Shown one piece after another: positions 62,095 to 64,000 of a stretch of 64,000 nucleotides of DNA. Under the pieces are notes generated by a model. It made no database searches. It was given only the letters and a program-made list of their open reading frames with translations, and was not told the DNA's origin. The number at the start of each line of letters is the position of its first letter. Within the stretch, counting starts at the first letter, position 1. A program made the position numbers and the translations under genes. The stretch is from Felis catus (Eukaryota). The stretch is from contig NC_058368.1 in the NCBI RefSeq assembly GCF_018350175.1, positions 213,716,001 through 213,780,000 of the forward strand, in the 5' to 3' direction.

Positions 62095-62392
62095 TCTGAT
62101 ATTAAACAGAGATGCTACTAAATGCACTGTGGAATCCTGGATCAGATCCTGGAACAGATAAAGGACGTTACTGAATTTGAATAAAGTGTGGAGTTTAGTT
62201 AATAGGAATGTGCCATGTTGGTTTCTCAGTTCCGGCAAATGTACTGTGGTTATGTAAAATGTTAACAAAAGGGGGAACAGGAGTGAAGGGTAAGCAGGAA
62301 TTCTATCTATCCTGCAGGAAAATATACTATCTTGGCAATTTTTCTATTTGCCTAAAATTACTACAGAATAGAAAGTTCATTAAAAATAAACA
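62095..62392 (+). mobile_element. Old L1 (L1MC-like) 3'UTR fragment
   Basis: actaaatgcactgtggaatcctggatcagatcctggaacag...aaatgtactgtggttatgtaaaatgttaac. Confidence 0.8.
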
Positions 62393-63849
62393 CATTATAA
62401 GTACCAATAAGCCAACAGTCTTAAACCTTTAATGTTTATCACATATTAAAGGAAGGAAACAAGTAATTTTCCACCCAAGTTGTGACTCCGTGTTCAGAAC
62501 CATTTAGTGATAATCTGGCAAAGGTCTCCATTCATGGAAAAAGCAAAAACATTCACATATATGGTGGTAATTATATCAGGTGTTGACCTTGAGGGCAAGA
62601 AGGCTGGGGCAATCCCGGGAAGAAGTTCAGAGTTGGCCAATCTCCCAAATGGACATCGACTACTGTCTGAGAAGCCAAGACCAGCTATAGAAGCACAAGC
62701 TAGACCAGTCTCTACAGTTAGGAGACAAGTTGCCAGACTGGGCACAGGCTCCCTGCACCCACGACAGGAGGTATTTACAAACCCAGCAGGACCTGGCGCC
62801 TGGTCAGGGATTTCAAGGACAAGCCAGCAGCATTTCCAGAGAGCAGCAGAGTAATTAAGCTCACATGTCCAGACGAGAAGCCTGGCAGGCCCGGGCTGCA
62901 GAGCCAAACAGGCTTGCTCTTGGCCGCCTGTGTGTGTTCACCACCAAGAGTCTGGCCCCAGAAATGGGAGCAACACGCAGGTCGATTCCAGGCAGCACAG
63001 GAAGACTTAGCTTCCTAAGGCTGTCATGAAATGAGGAATATTTTTTAAAATAGGTTTTCAAAGGGCAAAGTTCCTCCCGATCCTCAGGAGGCTGAATCCA
63101 TAGCCAGCCTACTGTACCTCCCATTAGCAGTTGCCTCAGAGATTTTATTTGTACCCAGCACTATTCTGATTTCCTTTCTGATTAGATGGGTGGGTGAAAG
63201 GCTTTCTGTTGCACGGTCTGCAAGCAAACTTTTGGAGATTCCTAATATTGGCACTACTAGTTCCCTCCGACAAGAGCCTTTGCTGTGAAGAGAAGCTGGA
63301 GTCACTAATGATAGTGACTTGTCTCCTAGGATCTGGGTAAACTCTGGTGACAGGCGGCCAGTGCAGGGACTTTTCCTCTCCAAGCTCACTCTCCATTCAG
63401 CTTTTCCATGACACATACCCTAACTGTGAATGAATGAAAGAATGAAGGAAGGAATAAATGAATGAATGGAGACTTGGCAAGCCTTGTGAATCATTTCCTG
63501 AGTACAAAATATAACATAAACATATAATAATTCCGTATTTGATATCTTACCAAGATACTGTGTTAGATGCATTTAAAATCTTTGGTTAATGGTATTTGAG
63601 GATTTGATAAAATTCTACATACAGACTCTGTATTTTTATATAAGTTTAGGCATTCCACAGAGCCCTGGCAGGTGAGTTTAATAGTCCTTGACTGGTACAG
63701 TCTCAGTACTACAGAATCTAAGCAACTTAATAAAAAAAGGAACCTTCAAAAATCTAAAATTCATTCCTGAAAGGAAGTAAATTAAAAATGGATAAGTAGA
63801 CACAAGTACACAACTTTCCAAATTTTCAGCCCATTGGTGAGAGGTCAGA

Positions 63850-63980
63850 AATACCTCTGTTTCCTCATCTGTAAAAAGGTATTATTTCCTTGGGATGCTA
63901 CAGAGTAAATTAAATGAGCTAGTATTTATAAAGCATGGAAACAATGCCTGGCACAGCGTAAGCATTGCCTAAGAGTCTGT
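63850..63980 (+). mobile_element. MIR
   Basis: cctctgtttcctcatctgtaaaa...atgcctggcacagcgtaagca. Confidence 0.85.
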
Positions 63981-64000
63981 TACAAAAAACACAATTTAGT

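Noticed and set aside
62494..63416. Cluster of 80-137 aa overlapping ORFs
   Set aside because: No recognisable homology, no consistent splice signals, and no poly(A)/TSD indicating a processed pseudogene
1..64000. CRISPR array, operon or other prokaryote-style system
   Set aside because: Mammalian DNA; the dispersed ~200-bp repeats are SINEs with individual TSDs, not a regularly spaced repeat-spacer array

Overview
Mammalian genomic DNA, almost certainly felid (cat-like), judged from about 34 tRNA-derived carnivore SINEs (CanSINE/SINEC), including young feliform-type copies with perfect target-site duplications (TSDs). I recognise no intact protein-coding exon, tRNA, rRNA or other RNA gene. 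Nearly all ORFs in the track are SINE, microsatellite or chance translations, and the only recognisable protein fragment is decayed LINE-1 ORF2. The window is a repeat-rich intronic or intergenic region: old L1, L2 and MIR, MaLR/ERVL solo LTRs, DNA-transposon relics and microsatellites, separated by unique stretches with enhancer-like motif clusters. L1 and LTR orientation is biased to the + strand, which weakly suggests a minus-strand host transcript. The best hidden-structure candidates are a minus-strand two-exon unit with a 92-nt intron (or alternatively a TATA+Inr promoter) at about 3.4-3.6 kb, and several unusual retroposition products: a polyadenylated LTR-end retrocopy, an orphan poly(A) insertion, and chimeric, dimeric and B-box-multimer SINEs. 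I see no evidence of a novel multi-gene system. Repeat subfamily names come from recalled consensus sequences and need RepeatMasker/Dfam confirmation, and boundaries of old repeats are approximate.
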